Shown here: in pieces, positions 37,114 to 48,441 of the stretch
How the letters are laid out: each line of letters opens with the position of its first letter
Numbering within the stretch: the first letter of the stretch is position 1
Sequence record: MG752970.1
Length of the DNA stretch: 64,000 bases
Reading direction: 5' to 3' (one strand)
Translations under genes and position numbers: made by a program
Notes under the pieces: generated by a model
Databases searched by the model: none
What the model was told of the DNA's origin: nothing
Seen by the model: only the letters and a program-made list of their open reading frames with translations

Positions 37114-40100
37114 ATGTCAAATACACTTCTCCTTAAGCGCTCAGCGGTTCCAGGAAAGACGCCGCTATTAACGGATTTGCAGCTAGGTCAGCTTGCTATT
37201 AACACATATGATGGCAAGCTGTATACTAGAAAAGATAATGGAACGGCATCAATTATAGATCTTGGAAACATAACTTTGTCCGGTGATGTCACTGGATCTG
37301 GATCTGGTTCAATAACATTAACGTTAGCAAACTCTGGTGTTACGGCTGGAACTTATAAATCGGTAACCGTCGATGCTAAAGGACGAGTGACGGCTGGAAC
37401 TAATCCCACCACTCTTGCTGGTTATGGAATAACTGATGGCGTAAACGTTTCATCGTTGGCTGCAGCAAATGGTGTTGCTACTTTAGATTCTTTTGGAAAG
37501 CTGTTGACATCACAAATTCCTGCTTCTCTTGTTGGAGCGGTTGTTTATCAAGGGGTGTGGAATGCATCTACTAACTCTCCAACATTGACATCTGGTACTG
37601 GAACAAAGGGTAATTATTATAAAGTATCAGTAGCAGGTTCAACAAACATAGATGGCCATTCAAGTTGGAATATTGGAGATATGATTATCTTCAATGGAAC
37701 GACATGGGATAAAATTGATGGAGTAGAATCTGAGGTTCTATCAGTTTTTGGTAGAACCGGTGTGGTAACGATGCTATCATCTGACGTTACCACCGCACTT
37801 GGTTATACACCACTTAGTGGAAACCAAAATATCACATTGTCAGGTGATGCTACTGGATCTGGGGCAACTTCTATCACTGTAACTCTAGCTGATTCAGGAG
37901 TAACGGCCGGAACATACTCATCAGTTACTGTTGATGCTAAAGGTAGAGTGACATCGGGTGGACAAATAAATTCAGGCACTGTTACGTCGGCTCTTGGATA
38001 CACGCCTGTTCAGACAGTTGCGGGAAGAACAGGAAACGTAGTACTAACGACTAGCGATGTTACCGGTTACGGTACTGTGAGTGACTCGGTATTTTCGATT
38101 ACCAACAATTCCGATCCTACAAAAATTGCGAAATTTGATGCAAGCGGTATTTCAACAGGAACAACGAACACTTATACGCTTCCATCGGTTACTGGTACTC
38201 TAGCAAGTCTCGCGAATATTTCGCAAACATTTACAGGCACCACAACATTTTCGGGTACATCCGTTACTGTGGGAAGTTCGACTGCAACCGCGACGTATGG
38301 CTTTGGATCTGGTGCTACGGTAAACGGATCTACAAAGACTATTAACATTGGTACGTCTGGTGTTTCAGGTTCTACTACTGCTATAACTGTCGGTTCAACT
38401 ACGTCCACGACGACAATTGCCCTTAATGGTGCGGTAACTGCATCAACACCAACTACCGCGGATAACAGTACGCTTATAGCTACCACCGCTTTTGTTAAAA
38501 ATCAGGGATATGCGCAATCATCCGCATTAAGTGCTTCGTCTGGTTCTTCACTCGTTAATTTTATCGCATCTGGATCTGCTGCAGTATCAAGAACTGTTCA
38601 ATCCGTTTTGCGTGATACATTCAACGTTCGCAATTATGGTGCTGTTGGTAATGGGGTTACAGATGACACTGCTGCCCTTAATGCCATGTTTGCGATGATT
38701 CAGTCTAATGCAACTGTCGTAGACGTTTATTTCCCGGCCGGAAACTACATTTATTCAGGAAGTGGATTAACCGGTAATGCATATGTTGGAAGAATCCGTG
38801 GTGATGGTCCAACAGCATCTATGATTACTGCAGCATCAAGCGCGGTTACGGGTTCTGCACTTACATTCACTGCAACTGCCGATGGACTAACACTGCAGGA
38901 TATAGGTATTTTTGGTCCGGGTCAAGGTGCTGCTGGTGGTCAAGACGGCGTGGTTATATCGAACGGTGGATCACCTGTTCGTCAGCCAAGATTTGTAAAT
39001 TGCGAAATTTACAATTGGCCAGGAAAAGCATTGAATGTTACAACACCAATAGCCGGTTCTGCACATAATTGCCGCTTCCAGAATAACATTCATGGCGTAT
39101 ATTTGAGTGGTGGAACAAGCTTTACATTCTATAACTGCTATCCTAATGGTAATAAGAAGTCGGGATACTGGTTGAATGGTACCACATATAGCACCTTCAA
39201 CGGCTGCGCGGCAGATACCAATGGTATTGCATACTTACTGTCTGGATCAACTGCTATCACCCTTGTAGGATGTGGTAATGAAGCGGGTACTGCTAATAAT
39301 TTGACCATTACGAACAGTTCGCTTACGTCCAACGTTGCAACATTCACATACTCCGGTCCTGATCAATCGGCTGATTTTATAGGTAATGGTAGAACCGTGA
39401 TTATTCAGGGTTCAACAAACATCCCAGCTGCCAACGCGGGTATATCTGGTCTTGGTGATGGTCGCTGGCCTATAGCATCTGTTGGTACAAATACAATTAG
39501 TATTAACTTGACAAGTGCAAACATTTCTTCAGCTGCTGATACGGGTACGGCTAGCTTCTGGGCTGGAGATGGTGTCGTTATAAACGGATCTACGATTATT
39601 CAAATTCAGGGTTACAGAACAATAGCTCCAGCACAGACAAGCAGCTCTATGCTGGTGACTGAAGGTTCTGCTAACCAGGTTACCGTGACTGGTATGCGTA
39701 GCACACAGGGAAGTGGATCTCTGCAGCTTGTTGATATGTGGTTGGGTAACGGCACTGCGAACATTATACGGATGAATAACGCATTCACCGGCGGTACTTA
39801 TTCGGCTGCAAACAATATTTCGACGGTGTCAAACGGAACATGGACGCTTCCTACTGTTACAGGCGTAAATGCTTTAAACTCTAACGGAAACCTTTCTCTT
39901 ACGACGACTGCTTCGGCCACATCAGGTACCAATAATAACAGTCCAACTGCTTTTCTGATTGGCACATACTGGACAGGCACCGCATCATCGCAAGATGTGG
40001 TTGCTATTCAGTCAAAGCCTGCTACCGGTGCAAATCCTTTAATTTCATTGAACTTCCAGCATCAATCTGGATCTTCAGGTGGTATGCAATTGTCGGTTAA

Positions 40101-40887
40101 TGGAACTCCATTCTTGTCTGGAAACAGTCAGTTTATTGGTACTAGCATTAACACGTCGGGTAATGCTACTATTGGTGGCACATTGAGTGTGACTGGTGTT
40201 GCAACGGCCCCTACAGCAGCACCAGGAACTAACACCACACAAATTGCTACAACGGCATTTGTGCAAACCGCGACATCTTCATATCTGCCGCTTGCTGGTG
40301 GAACGGTTACTGGTGCTATTACGTTGAACGCGGCTCCGGTTGTAAATGGAACAGCGGGATGGACGACTGTAAGCTGGAATAAGGGAATGAGACTATCTCC
40401 ATCCACTGCTATTGAATTTGCGGGTCCTTCTAGCAACCACTTTGGTATAGGTAACTCTGGCGGTACGCTGTATTTCTTCACAAACACTGCCGATGATAAC
40501 TCAGCAGCTCCTAACTATTTCATGACTGCCAATAGTTCAGGAACCGTGACGTACAATGCACCGGTTAATGGTACGTTCTTTAACGTATCTGTTTCGGGTG
40601 CGGTTGCAGCAGCAGGTACTACGCAAGGAACGGCTACAGCGCTAACTTCATCGGTTAATGTGGTTACATCAGGAACAGGTGGAGTAGTTCTTCCAGCTGC
40701 AACAGGAGGAATGGAGTTGGTGGTTATCAATACTACAGGTTCTGCTATTAACGTATATCCAGCTTCAGGCGGTCAAATTGACTCGTTGGGAGCTAATGTA
40801 GCATTCTCGTTGGGAGCGGGAGCTAAATTGTGCTATGTTGCTACATCTACTACCCAATGGTATTCATTGACTGCAGTGTATGCATGA
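37114..40887 (+). CDS. Long tail fibre with second beta-helix depolymerase-like domain
   Basis: LLLKRSAVPGKTP N-terminus; NVRNYGAVGNGVTDDTAA...YFPAGNY. Confidence 0.85.
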   Translation: MSNTLLLKRSAVPGKTPLLTDLQLGQLAINTYDGKLYTRKDNGTASIIDLGNITLSGDVTGSGSGSITLTLANSGVTAGTYKSVTVDAKGRVTAGTNPTTLAGYGITDGVNVSSLAAANGVATLDSFGKLLTSQIPASLVGAVVYQGVWNASTNSPTLTSGTGTKGNYYKVSVAGSTNIDGHSSWNIGDMIIFNGTTWDKIDGVESEVLSVFGRTGVVTMLSSDVTTALGYTPLSGNQNITLSGDATGSGATSITVTLADSGVTAGTYSSVTVDAKGRVTSGGQINSGTVTSALGYTPVQTVAGRTGNVVLTTSDVTGYGTVSDSVFSITNNSDPTKIAKFDASGISTGTTNTYTLPSVTGTLASLANISQTFTGTTTFSGTSVTVGSSTATATYGFGSGATVNGSTKTINIGTSGVSGSTTAITVGSTTSTTTIALNGAVTASTPTTADNSTLIATTAFVKNQGYAQSSALSASSGSSLVNFIASGSAAVSRTVQSVLRDTFNVRNYGAVGNGVTDDTAALNAMFAMIQSNATVVDVYFPAGNYIYSGSGLTGNAYVGRIRGDGPTASMITAASSAVTGSALTFTATADGLTLQDIGIFGPGQGAAGGQDGVVISNGGSPVRQPRFVNCEIYNWPGKALNVTTPIAGSAHNCRFQNNIHGVYLSGGTSFTFYNCYPNGNKKSGYWLNGTTYSTFNGCAADTNGIAYLLSGSTAITLVGCGNEAGTANNLTITNSSLTSNVATFTYSGPDQSADFIGNGRTVIIQGSTNIPAANAGISGLGDGRWPIASVGTNTISINLTSANISSAADTGTASFWAGDGVVINGSTIIQIQGYRTIAPAQTSSSMLVTEGSANQVTVTGMRSTQGSGSLQLVDMWLGNGTANIIRMNNAFTGGTYSAANNISTVSNGTWTLPTVTGVNALNSNGNLSLTTTASATSGTNNNSPTAFLIGTYWTGTASSQDVVAIQSKPATGANPLISLNFQHQSGSSGGMQLSVNGTPFLSGNSQFIGTSINTSGNATIGGTLSVTGVATAPTAAPGTNTTQIATTAFVQTATSSYLPLAGGTVTGAITLNAAPVVNGTAGWTTVSWNKGMRLSPSTAIEFAGPSSNHFGIGNSGGTLYFFTNTADDNSAAPNYFMTANSSGTVTYNAPVNGTFFNVSVSGAVAAAGTTQGTATALTSSVNVVTSGTGGVVLPAATGGMELVVINTTGSAINVYPASGGQIDSLGANVAFSLGAGAKLCYVATSTTQWYSLTAVYA

Positions 40888-40922
40888 TAGGTAAATAAAC
40901 CATCAAATAAACTGATTCCTAT

Positions 40923-41783
40923 ATGTCATACGTAAAAGGTGGTGCTGCATCGGCAGCAGACGTCAATTCAATAATCAATGATATCAATTTGATAGTTGGG
41001 TCTCCATCCGGTTCTGGCGCGGCAGCATATGGTTGGAATCAAACGTCGCTTACTTTATCAACACTGTCTAGTGGACAACCGGTTTTGGCGTCAACATGGT
41101 CTGCAATACAATCTAGATTGCAGACCATCATGAATCATACGGGAACCACTATATCTGGTTTTCCTTCTGGATCTGCATTTACCAGTGGAAATGCCCATGC
41201 ATATATTTTGGTTTTGGATGGAATTACTACTACATTAAAAAGTAACAGATTTAATTTGGGATCTGGTACACTAGAAAGTAACGTACAATCAACAAAAACT
41301 AGAACGACTGCATGGGGTGGTGGAGCAGCTGGAATTATACATGATATTGTTTTTGTGTTTTCTACTGCAGCACATATGCAAGCATTTTTTAATGCTGGTG
41401 GTAAATTCAGTTTTACTGCATCAAGAACGGGTGGTTCTGCTACAACGCAGAATACGTCATGGACTACATTGTTGTCTACAATGGGAACTTACTCGTTTAC
41501 TAGAAACGAATTTTATAACGCTACCTCAACTTTAGCGAATACCGCACAATGGGTATCCACTAGCGCGTATTCTGCAAATACTATAACTGCTGCTTGCTCT
41601 GTTCCTGCATCAAATCAATTCAGAGTTCAAATGAGCTATTATGACGGTCACACTAATAGTTTCTCCGATTCTGTAGATGGAACTTTTACAAGCACCATCA
41701 CAACCGTCAGACCTTCTACTCTATATCTAAACAATCCAGCGATTGCATTTCCTACTCTGGGCACGGATTCAAGCACTATCTAA
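40923..41783 (+). CDS. Ser/Thr-rich structural protein
   Basis: FFNAGG motif, fibre-operon context. Confidence 0.7.
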   Translation: MSYVKGGAASAADVNSIINDINLIVGSPSGSGAAAYGWNQTSLTLSTLSSGQPVLASTWSAIQSRLQTIMNHTGTTISGFPSGSAFTSGNAHAYILVLDGITTTLKSNRFNLGSGTLESNVQSTKTRTTAWGGGAAGIIHDIVFVFSTAAHMQAFFNAGGKFSFTASRTGGSATTQNTSWTTLLSTMGTYSFTRNEFYNATSTLANTAQWVSTSAYSANTITAACSVPASNQFRVQMSYYDGHTNSFSDSVDGTFTSTITTVRPSTLYLNNPAIAFPTLGTDSSTI

Positions 41784-41801
41784 GGTTAGTCCTTAATCTT
41801 C

Positions 41802-41835
41802 ATAAATAGTCTATGTAACTCATAGACTATTTTTC
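41802..41835 (+). terminator. Terminator hairpin overlapping a late promoter box
   Basis: AAATAGTCTATG-taact-CATAGACTATTT plus T tract; ATAAATA at 41802-41808. Confidence 0.7.
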
Positions 41836-41856
41836 TTAGAGCAGCGGGAAACTTCA

Positions 41857-44800
41857 ATGTCAAACAAGTTGTTAATTAAACGATCATCTACATCTGGTAA
41901 AGTACCTACTATTGCAGATATAGTGGTTGGCGAACTAGCCATGAATACCTATGATGGTAGATTATTCATGCATATCAATAATGGATCGGATTCCATTATA
42001 GAAATAGGTGCGTTAAATTCTCCTGCTTTTACAGGAATTCCTACTGCTCCTACTGCATCTGCTAGTACAAATACCAGTCAAATAGCGACAACTGCGTATG
42101 TCACTACAGCAATATCCAATGCAGCATTTGTGTCAAATAGCAATAACATTGTTGCTGGGAGTGGTATTTCTGTTTCAAAATCGGGCACTGATATAACAAT
42201 TTCGGCAACCGGATCTGGTACAGGGAGTGTAACCAGTGTGGCATTATCCATGCCATCTATTTTTAACGTTTCAGGTTCACCGGTAACCACTACTGGTACT
42301 CTTACTGCTACATTAGCAGGTCAGAATGCTAATACATTCTTAAGTGGCCCTGGATCTGGTCCTGCAGATATACCTACATTCAGAGCAATAGCACCAGCAG
42401 ACCTACCGCTGGCCACAACGACTAATGTTGGCGCAGTATCAATAGGTGCAGGTTTGACGGTTGATGTTTCTGGTGTAGTTAAGCTTGATACGAATAACGC
42501 TGTTCAGTCATTCAACGGTCGATATGGAACAGTAACTCTAACAAGTGCAGATGTCACCGGTGTTGGTGGACTGTTGGCTAATAATGCTGCGCTGACAGGA
42601 ACTCCTACCGCCCCAACTGCAGCAGTTAACAACAATACAACCCAGATAGCTAACACCGCCTTCGTAACCACGGCAATCAATAACGCTATTTCTAGTGGAA
42701 CTGTTACTGCATTTAATGGTCGTGGTGGTAACGTAATTCTGCAGGCTACTGACGTTACTGGTGTAGGCGGAGCATTACTGAATTCACCTACATTTACAGG
42801 CACGCCTGCTGCTCCAACTGCTGCATTAGGAACTAACACTACTCAGATTGCTACAACGGCGTTCGTTGCCGGTGCGATTAGCAATATGTCATATGTGAGT
42901 TCGTTTAACGGCAGAACGGGAGCGGTAACACTAACACAATCTGACGTAACCAATGTTGGTATAGCTTTACTGAGTGGTTCCGATTTTACGGGAACTGTGA
43001 CAGCGCCAACTCCAGCTACAAGTGATAATTCTACTAAGGTAGCAACAACTGCATTCGTTAAGACGGTCGTTGCATCATCTGGAGTATCCACTTTTAATGG
43101 TCGTTCTGGTGATGTGTCACTTACATCGAGTGATATTTTGAATGCTGGAGGAGCCCTATTAACAAGTCCAGCATTTACGGGAACACCAACAGCTCCAACG
43201 CCAGCTACAAGCGATAATTCGACGCAGATTGCAACGACGGCATTCGTTAAAACCGCTTTAAGTGGATATACATTGCCGGTTGCAACAGGATCGACTCCTG
43301 GGGCGGTAATAGTTGGATCTGGTATTAATGTCGCGCCCGACGGTACAATTTCAACAACGTTCCCGGTGACATCAGTAGCCGGTAAAACGGGAGCAGTTAC
43401 ACTGTCTCTCAGCGATATTAATGGTGCTTCTAGTTTAGCACCAATTAATAGCCCATCATTTTCTGGAACTCCTCTAGCACCCACTATTGATCCTCATAAC
43501 TTAACATGGAGTTCTGGACAACCGAGTGATCAAATTGCTACCAATGGTTTCGCTGTAGCCGTAGCTACTCAGACGTCAACGAGCATTGGTGTGACAGGTG
43601 GAAACGTTTCACTTGGAAATGCAGCAAATTACCAGTATATTGTTATCACTGGAACTCTGACATCTGATGCAACAATTGTTCTTCCAGGAGATCCTGGTGG
43701 TCGTTGGGTATTCTACAACAATACATCAGGTAGCTATAACGTAATTCTCGCTGGACCTACTGCTAACAAGGCAACATTCACGCTTCAGCAGGGTGGAACT
43801 GCAGAAGTAGTTTGTGTATCGTCTATTGGTGTTCTTCCTGCAACTTCTGTAGGTATAACGCAACCTCAAACAGATAATTCGACAAACTTGGCTACAACAG
43901 CATTTGTTAAATCTATGTTTGCTGGTCAAACTGCAGTTACATCGTTTAACAGCAGAGTTGGAGCGATCACGCTGCAAACATCAGATGTTAGTGCTGTTGG
44001 TGCAGCAATGCTAACCGGGGCAAATTTCACCGGAGCAGTCACGGCACCAACTCCATCAATAGGTGATTCATCTACTAACGTTGCAACCACTCAGTACGTT
44101 GAAAAGGCACTTCTAAACACAACAACTGTATCGTTAAGTTCTACCAACGTTACGTTGACTCCGGCACAGTATGGTACTGCCATTATAGAATTCACTGGAA
44201 CCTTAACGCAATCTGTTACGATAACTGTTCCTACTAGTGGTCAATGGGTGATGTATAACGCCACCACTGGTGCGTTCAATGTTACGTTGAGTAATGGTCA
44301 AGGATCGACTTATGTTGTTCCTCAGAATCAGAGCGCCTCGGTGATGTCTCTTGGTAGCCTAGGAATAGTGAATGCTAATATTGCGGCATTCGTTCTTACT
44401 CCTGCTACGGCTACAACTCTAGGTGGTGTATATGTACCAAGTGGAAATGGACTTACTGTTGATAACACCGGTGCTATAAAAGCTTCTATAGCCGGATCTA
44501 CTTCGTCGACGACGGGTGTAGTGTATCAGGGTGATGGTATAACGATAGGATCTGATGGTAAATTAAGTGCTAACCTGCGGACAGTTGCAGGAGTTACTCC
44601 AACCGGTGGTGATATCACATTGGCTGTTGGAAATATTTCTGGAGCTGCACCACTTAACAGTCCTACATTTACAGGTACTCCTGCTGCACCAACTCCAGCA
44701 ACAAATGACAATTCAACTCGTATAGCTACGACTGCTTTCGTTGTTAATGCTCTTGGATCAATTGGTGTTACATCGTTTAATAGCAGAATGGGAGCGGTTA

Positions 44801-45966
44801 CGTTACAGGCTTCTGATGTTACTGGAGTGGGTGGAGCTCTGACGGCATCACCAACATTTACAGGTACTCCTGCTGCACCAACGCCAGCTACAAGTGATAA
44901 TTCAACCAGAATTGCTACTACTGCGTTTGTGCAATCTGTTTTTGCTCAAATAGGATCCGGTGTTCTTACATTTAACGGTAGATCCGGGTCTGTAACGCTT
45001 CAAGCTTCTGACGTTACTGGCGTTGGTGGTGCATTGACGGCTTCTCCAGGATTTACCGGAACACCAACTGCGCCAACAGCAACGGCAGGTACTAACACTA
45101 CTCAGATTGCTACAACCGCTTTCGTTCAGACAGCCATTGCTGGTGTTTCAGGAGTTTCTAGCTTTAATACCCGTACGGGTGCAGTGACATTAACTGCCGC
45201 GGATGTATCTAACGTTGGTGGTGCTATGACTGCATCTCCATCGTTTAGTGGTACCCCAACGGCACCTAATCCAACTATAGGAACCAACACAAACCAAATT
45301 GCTACTGCTCAATTTGTTGAAAGCACGCTATTTACTGCATCATCTGTGGCATTGTCAAATGCTAACGTTACCCTATCTGCATCACAGTATGGTGCGTGTA
45401 TTATCAAATTGACTGGAACCTTAACGGCGAACGTCTCTATAACATTCCCTACAAGTGGTCAATGGGATGTTTATAACGCAACTTCTGGTTCATTTACTGT
45501 CACCCTTACTAACGGTACTGGATCAAATGTTGTGGCTCCTCAGGGAACGGTTACAGTCGTTATGTCTGATAACACTGCTGGAATGATAAACACTAGTGCA
45601 TACGCCGCGGCCAACGTTGCACGTATAGCATGTAATATCCCAGGTAGTCCGAATGTTACGACAGAAACGTTCTATCTATTTGGACAAGCATGCACGTTAC
45701 CAGCCAACTTGACAGGAGCAACAGCTTATGGGGTTGCAGCGGCAAGCAGCTCTGCTCCATACACCGTTAACGTGTATAAATACGTAGGAACTTCATCGTC
45801 AGGAACGCAAGTTGGAACCATAACTGTAAATCCAGGTTCGACATCAACTTTCGCCACGACCGGCGGCACTTCGGTATCGTTTGCGGTTGGAGACAGATTA
45901 AGTTATCAATTCCCAACTGGCAACATGACACTGTTTGCAGCAACGCTTGTTGGAACATGGCAGTAA
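41857..45966 (+). CDS. Long repetitive tail fibre
   Basis: About 12 FTGTPTAPT...N(S/T)TxIATTAFV repeats alternating with VTSFNGRxGxVxL. Confidence 0.88.
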   Translation: MSNKLLIKRSSTSGKVPTIADIVVGELAMNTYDGRLFMHINNGSDSIIEIGALNSPAFTGIPTAPTASASTNTSQIATTAYVTTAISNAAFVSNSNNIVAGSGISVSKSGTDITISATGSGTGSVTSVALSMPSIFNVSGSPVTTTGTLTATLAGQNANTFLSGPGSGPADIPTFRAIAPADLPLATTTNVGAVSIGAGLTVDVSGVVKLDTNNAVQSFNGRYGTVTLTSADVTGVGGLLANNAALTGTPTAPTAAVNNNTTQIANTAFVTTAINNAISSGTVTAFNGRGGNVILQATDVTGVGGALLNSPTFTGTPAAPTAALGTNTTQIATTAFVAGAISNMSYVSSFNGRTGAVTLTQSDVTNVGIALLSGSDFTGTVTAPTPATSDNSTKVATTAFVKTVVASSGVSTFNGRSGDVSLTSSDILNAGGALLTSPAFTGTPTAPTPATSDNSTQIATTAFVKTALSGYTLPVATGSTPGAVIVGSGINVAPDGTISTTFPVTSVAGKTGAVTLSLSDINGASSLAPINSPSFSGTPLAPTIDPHNLTWSSGQPSDQIATNGFAVAVATQTSTSIGVTGGNVSLGNAANYQYIVITGTLTSDATIVLPGDPGGRWVFYNNTSGSYNVILAGPTANKATFTLQQGGTAEVVCVSSIGVLPATSVGITQPQTDNSTNLATTAFVKSMFAGQTAVTSFNSRVGAITLQTSDVSAVGAAMLTGANFTGAVTAPTPSIGDSSTNVATTQYVEKALLNTTTVSLSSTNVTLTPAQYGTAIIEFTGTLTQSVTITVPTSGQWVMYNATTGAFNVTLSNGQGSTYVVPQNQSASVMSLGSLGIVNANIAAFVLTPATATTLGGVYVPSGNGLTVDNTGAIKASIAGSTSSTTGVVYQGDGITIGSDGKLSANLRTVAGVTPTGGDITLAVGNISGAAPLNSPTFTGTPAAPTPATNDNSTRIATTAFVVNALGSIGVTSFNSRMGAVTLQASDVTGVGGALTASPTFTGTPAAPTPATSDNSTRIATTAFVQSVFAQIGSGVLTFNGRSGSVTLQASDVTGVGGALTASPGFTGTPTAPTATAGTNTTQIATTAFVQTAIAGVSGVSSFNTRTGAVTLTAADVSNVGGAMTASPSFSGTPTAPNPTIGTNTNQIATAQFVESTLFTASSVALSNANVTLSASQYGACIIKLTGTLTANVSITFPTSGQWDVYNATSGSFTVTLTNGTGSNVVAPQGTVTVVMSDNTAGMINTSAYAAANVARIACNIPGSPNVTTETFYLFGQACTLPANLTGATAYGVAAASSSAPYTVNVYKYVGTSSSGTQVGTITVNPGSTSTFATTGGTSVSFAVGDRLSYQFPTGNMTLFAATLVGTWQ

Positions 45967-45976
45967 GGAGAGTAGA

Positions 45977-48217
45977 ATGGCTTTAAAGTACGCAGAGGGA
46001 TTTGAAACATCTGTAGATGATAGTGATATTCGCGCACGCGGATGGTTGTACGCACCTACGAAGCGTTATGCAGGTTTACCTCCTTCAAAAACGGCAGCCG
46101 TTGGATCAATAGGTCTACGTAGATTTGTGAATAACGGCAGCGATGCTGCCACCACTGTTGGGGCGACCGGTGCAGCTGATTTGGGGTATTACAATACGGG
46201 TATAACGGTTAATCAGGCCTGGTCCGCCGGAGGTTTTACATTTGGATCGTCTGCCACTCATTATAGCGGCTCTATGGTTCAGATAGGTGCAGTAGGAACT
46301 GGTGGTCCATCCGGTCAAGCACTAGGATGTATAGATTTTGATGGTACAAATTATTGGGCTTGTACGTCTGCGACTAAAATTGCAAAATCTACCGATTTTA
46401 TTACGTGGACGAATACTACAGCAACCCCAACGGGCTTAACTCTATCATCGACGGTATCGTTCATGGGTTCCGGTGTAGTGATGGTTGTTCCTCAAACTGC
46501 AACACCAACCACGTTAAGTGTTGCATACACTAGTAACGGTGGAACTAGCTGGTCCACGCAAACACTGGCCACTGGAATTAGTACAACAACAGGTGCTCAA
46601 TATGGAATTGGATTTGCAACTGGAAATCCAACATATCCCCATGCAATCTTAATTGGGATTAGTGATAACTCTGCGGCAAATGGTCTCTATATAGGAACTC
46701 TGGGTGGAACGTTTACCCAAGTAATTGGTGGTACGGCTTACACGATGGGATTCTTTGTTCCTAGACCTGTGGTTATTAATGGATACATTTATGTAACTGA
46801 TGCGTCAAATAATGCGACATCCGCGAATTTTTATTCTGCACCCGTATCCGGGGCAATAAACACAGCGGGAGCCTGGACTAAATGGTCTCTTGGAAATGTG
46901 CCTAACCCTTCTCAAATATCGTATTTTCAGGCGGCAAACGTTTTCATGATATCATCTGTCACGAACGGTTTGTTCACTATTCCTAACACTGGTGGTACAG
47001 GTACTCCTACTCCCCCAACGTCGGCAACAACTGCATCGAATCCTTACTCAGCAGCAGGAGTATTCGGAATAGCATCCAGTGGATCTACTGCGGTTATTTT
47101 TCCAGATGTGTTTAATTCTATCAGTGCTAACAATACGGTTTTCACATCAACCGATGCGTCAACCTGGACTCCTCAATTCAAAATCTGGCCAGACTTGGGT
47201 GGAACGAATAGAAATGGTTGGTGTACGGTGTTTTATGACGGGACGCAATATGTTGCTGTAGGATCTGTAGGATCTACAGCCCACTCCCAAATCATATGTA
47301 CGACGGATGATGGTGTAAACAATTGGCGTATCAGATACGCATCTGATACTTCAAGCAATGGTACAACAGGTGGATTTAGTGGATTGGGTGTGTGCACTGC
47401 AACTGCTGCTCCGGTATCGGGGTCAACATGGACAGCGGGAACCACTGCTGCATGGTTAAATGCGAGCGTCCCTTCTGCAGGATCATCTACTATTAGCTTT
47501 TTCACTACGTCAAACAGTGCAACCGCGGCATCCACCGCAGCTGTTTCGACATCCACTACGCTAACTCATTATTACGAAATAAAAGCGGTTGCCACTGCTA
47601 CTGCTAATACATTTAATATCAGTTGGTATGTAGATGGGGCATTGAAAGCCACAAGTACAAGTATCCTTCTTGGATCTTCTACAACGGATACTACAAGTTT
47701 GCTGATACTCAACATTCCTAGATGTGGTGCTTGGCAGCAATTCGATGATATGTACTTAACGCTTGATAACGGCACCGGATTACAAGGACCTGCGGGCCCC
47801 ATCTACATTACAGCACGCAGACCGACAACGGATGTGCAGGATCAATGGTCTCCTAATGGCACGGCAACAAATTCAACTGCAACCAATCAGACTGCATTAA
47901 GCAGTAGAAAAGACAGATATTCTTCAACATATACTGATGGCGCAAAAGATGTTTATTCGTCCACCGATTCTACTCCATCCAGTTATAAAGTAAAAGCAGT
48001 TCAGATAGAGGGATATTTTTCGCAATTGAGTACTGTTGCTCCAACTGCTAAATTGAGCTTGATTAGTAGTGGCAATCAGGTTGATGCGTCAACTGCAACG
48101 GTAAATAGCAGTCAGGTATTCACATCGGCGATAGTTGAACAAAATCCAAATGGTAACGTTGCTTGGACTCCAGGAACGGTAAATAGTTCACAGTTTGCAA
48201 TTACTAAGGTGACTTAA
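45977..48217 (+). CDS. Putative fibre tip/adhesin, paralogue A
   Basis: AAGGAG RBS supports start 45977; beta-rich, SxDxxxW-type repeats. Confidence 0.8.
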   Translation: MALKYAEGFETSVDDSDIRARGWLYAPTKRYAGLPPSKTAAVGSIGLRRFVNNGSDAATTVGATGAADLGYYNTGITVNQAWSAGGFTFGSSATHYSGSMVQIGAVGTGGPSGQALGCIDFDGTNYWACTSATKIAKSTDFITWTNTTATPTGLTLSSTVSFMGSGVVMVVPQTATPTTLSVAYTSNGGTSWSTQTLATGISTTTGAQYGIGFATGNPTYPHAILIGISDNSAANGLYIGTLGGTFTQVIGGTAYTMGFFVPRPVVINGYIYVTDASNNATSANFYSAPVSGAINTAGAWTKWSLGNVPNPSQISYFQAANVFMISSVTNGLFTIPNTGGTGTPTPPTSATTASNPYSAAGVFGIASSGSTAVIFPDVFNSISANNTVFTSTDASTWTPQFKIWPDLGGTNRNGWCTVFYDGTQYVAVGSVGSTAHSQIICTTDDGVNNWRIRYASDTSSNGTTGGFSGLGVCTATAAPVSGSTWTAGTTAAWLNASVPSAGSSTISFFTTSNSATAASTAAVSTSTTLTHYYEIKAVATATANTFNISWYVDGALKATSTSILLGSSTTDTTSLLILNIPRCGAWQQFDDMYLTLDNGTGLQGPAGPIYITARRPTTDVQDQWSPNGTATNSTATNQTALSSRKDRYSSTYTDGAKDVYSSTDSTPSSYKVKAVQIEGYFSQLSTVAPTAKLSLISSGNQVDASTATVNSSQVFTSAIVEQNPNGNVAWTPGTVNSSQFAITKVT

Positions 48218-48218
48218 T

Positions 48219-48431
48219 ATGGCATCTAATGCAAATGAATTACTAGGCGCAAAGGCCTTAGCTGAGCAGATTATTCTTGTGGCTGGGGTTCAGGCTAAAG
48301 CTCAGACTATTGCGCAGCAAGTTCTTATGAGACCTTCATCCCAAGCGAAGGCATGGGCTATTGCAGAGCAAGTTTTGTTGCAACCTGGGTCTGGACAAAC
48401 GTATCCGGTTGCAACTTGGTGGTTTAGTTAA
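48219..48431 (+). CDS. Small protein with 3 AxAxxIAxQV repeats
   Basis: Between the paralogues. Confidence 0.65.
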   Translation: MASNANELLGAKALAEQIILVAGVQAKAQTIAQQVLMRPSSQAKAWAIAEQVLLQPGSGQTYPVATWWFS

Positions 48432-48441
48432 AGGAATAAAA

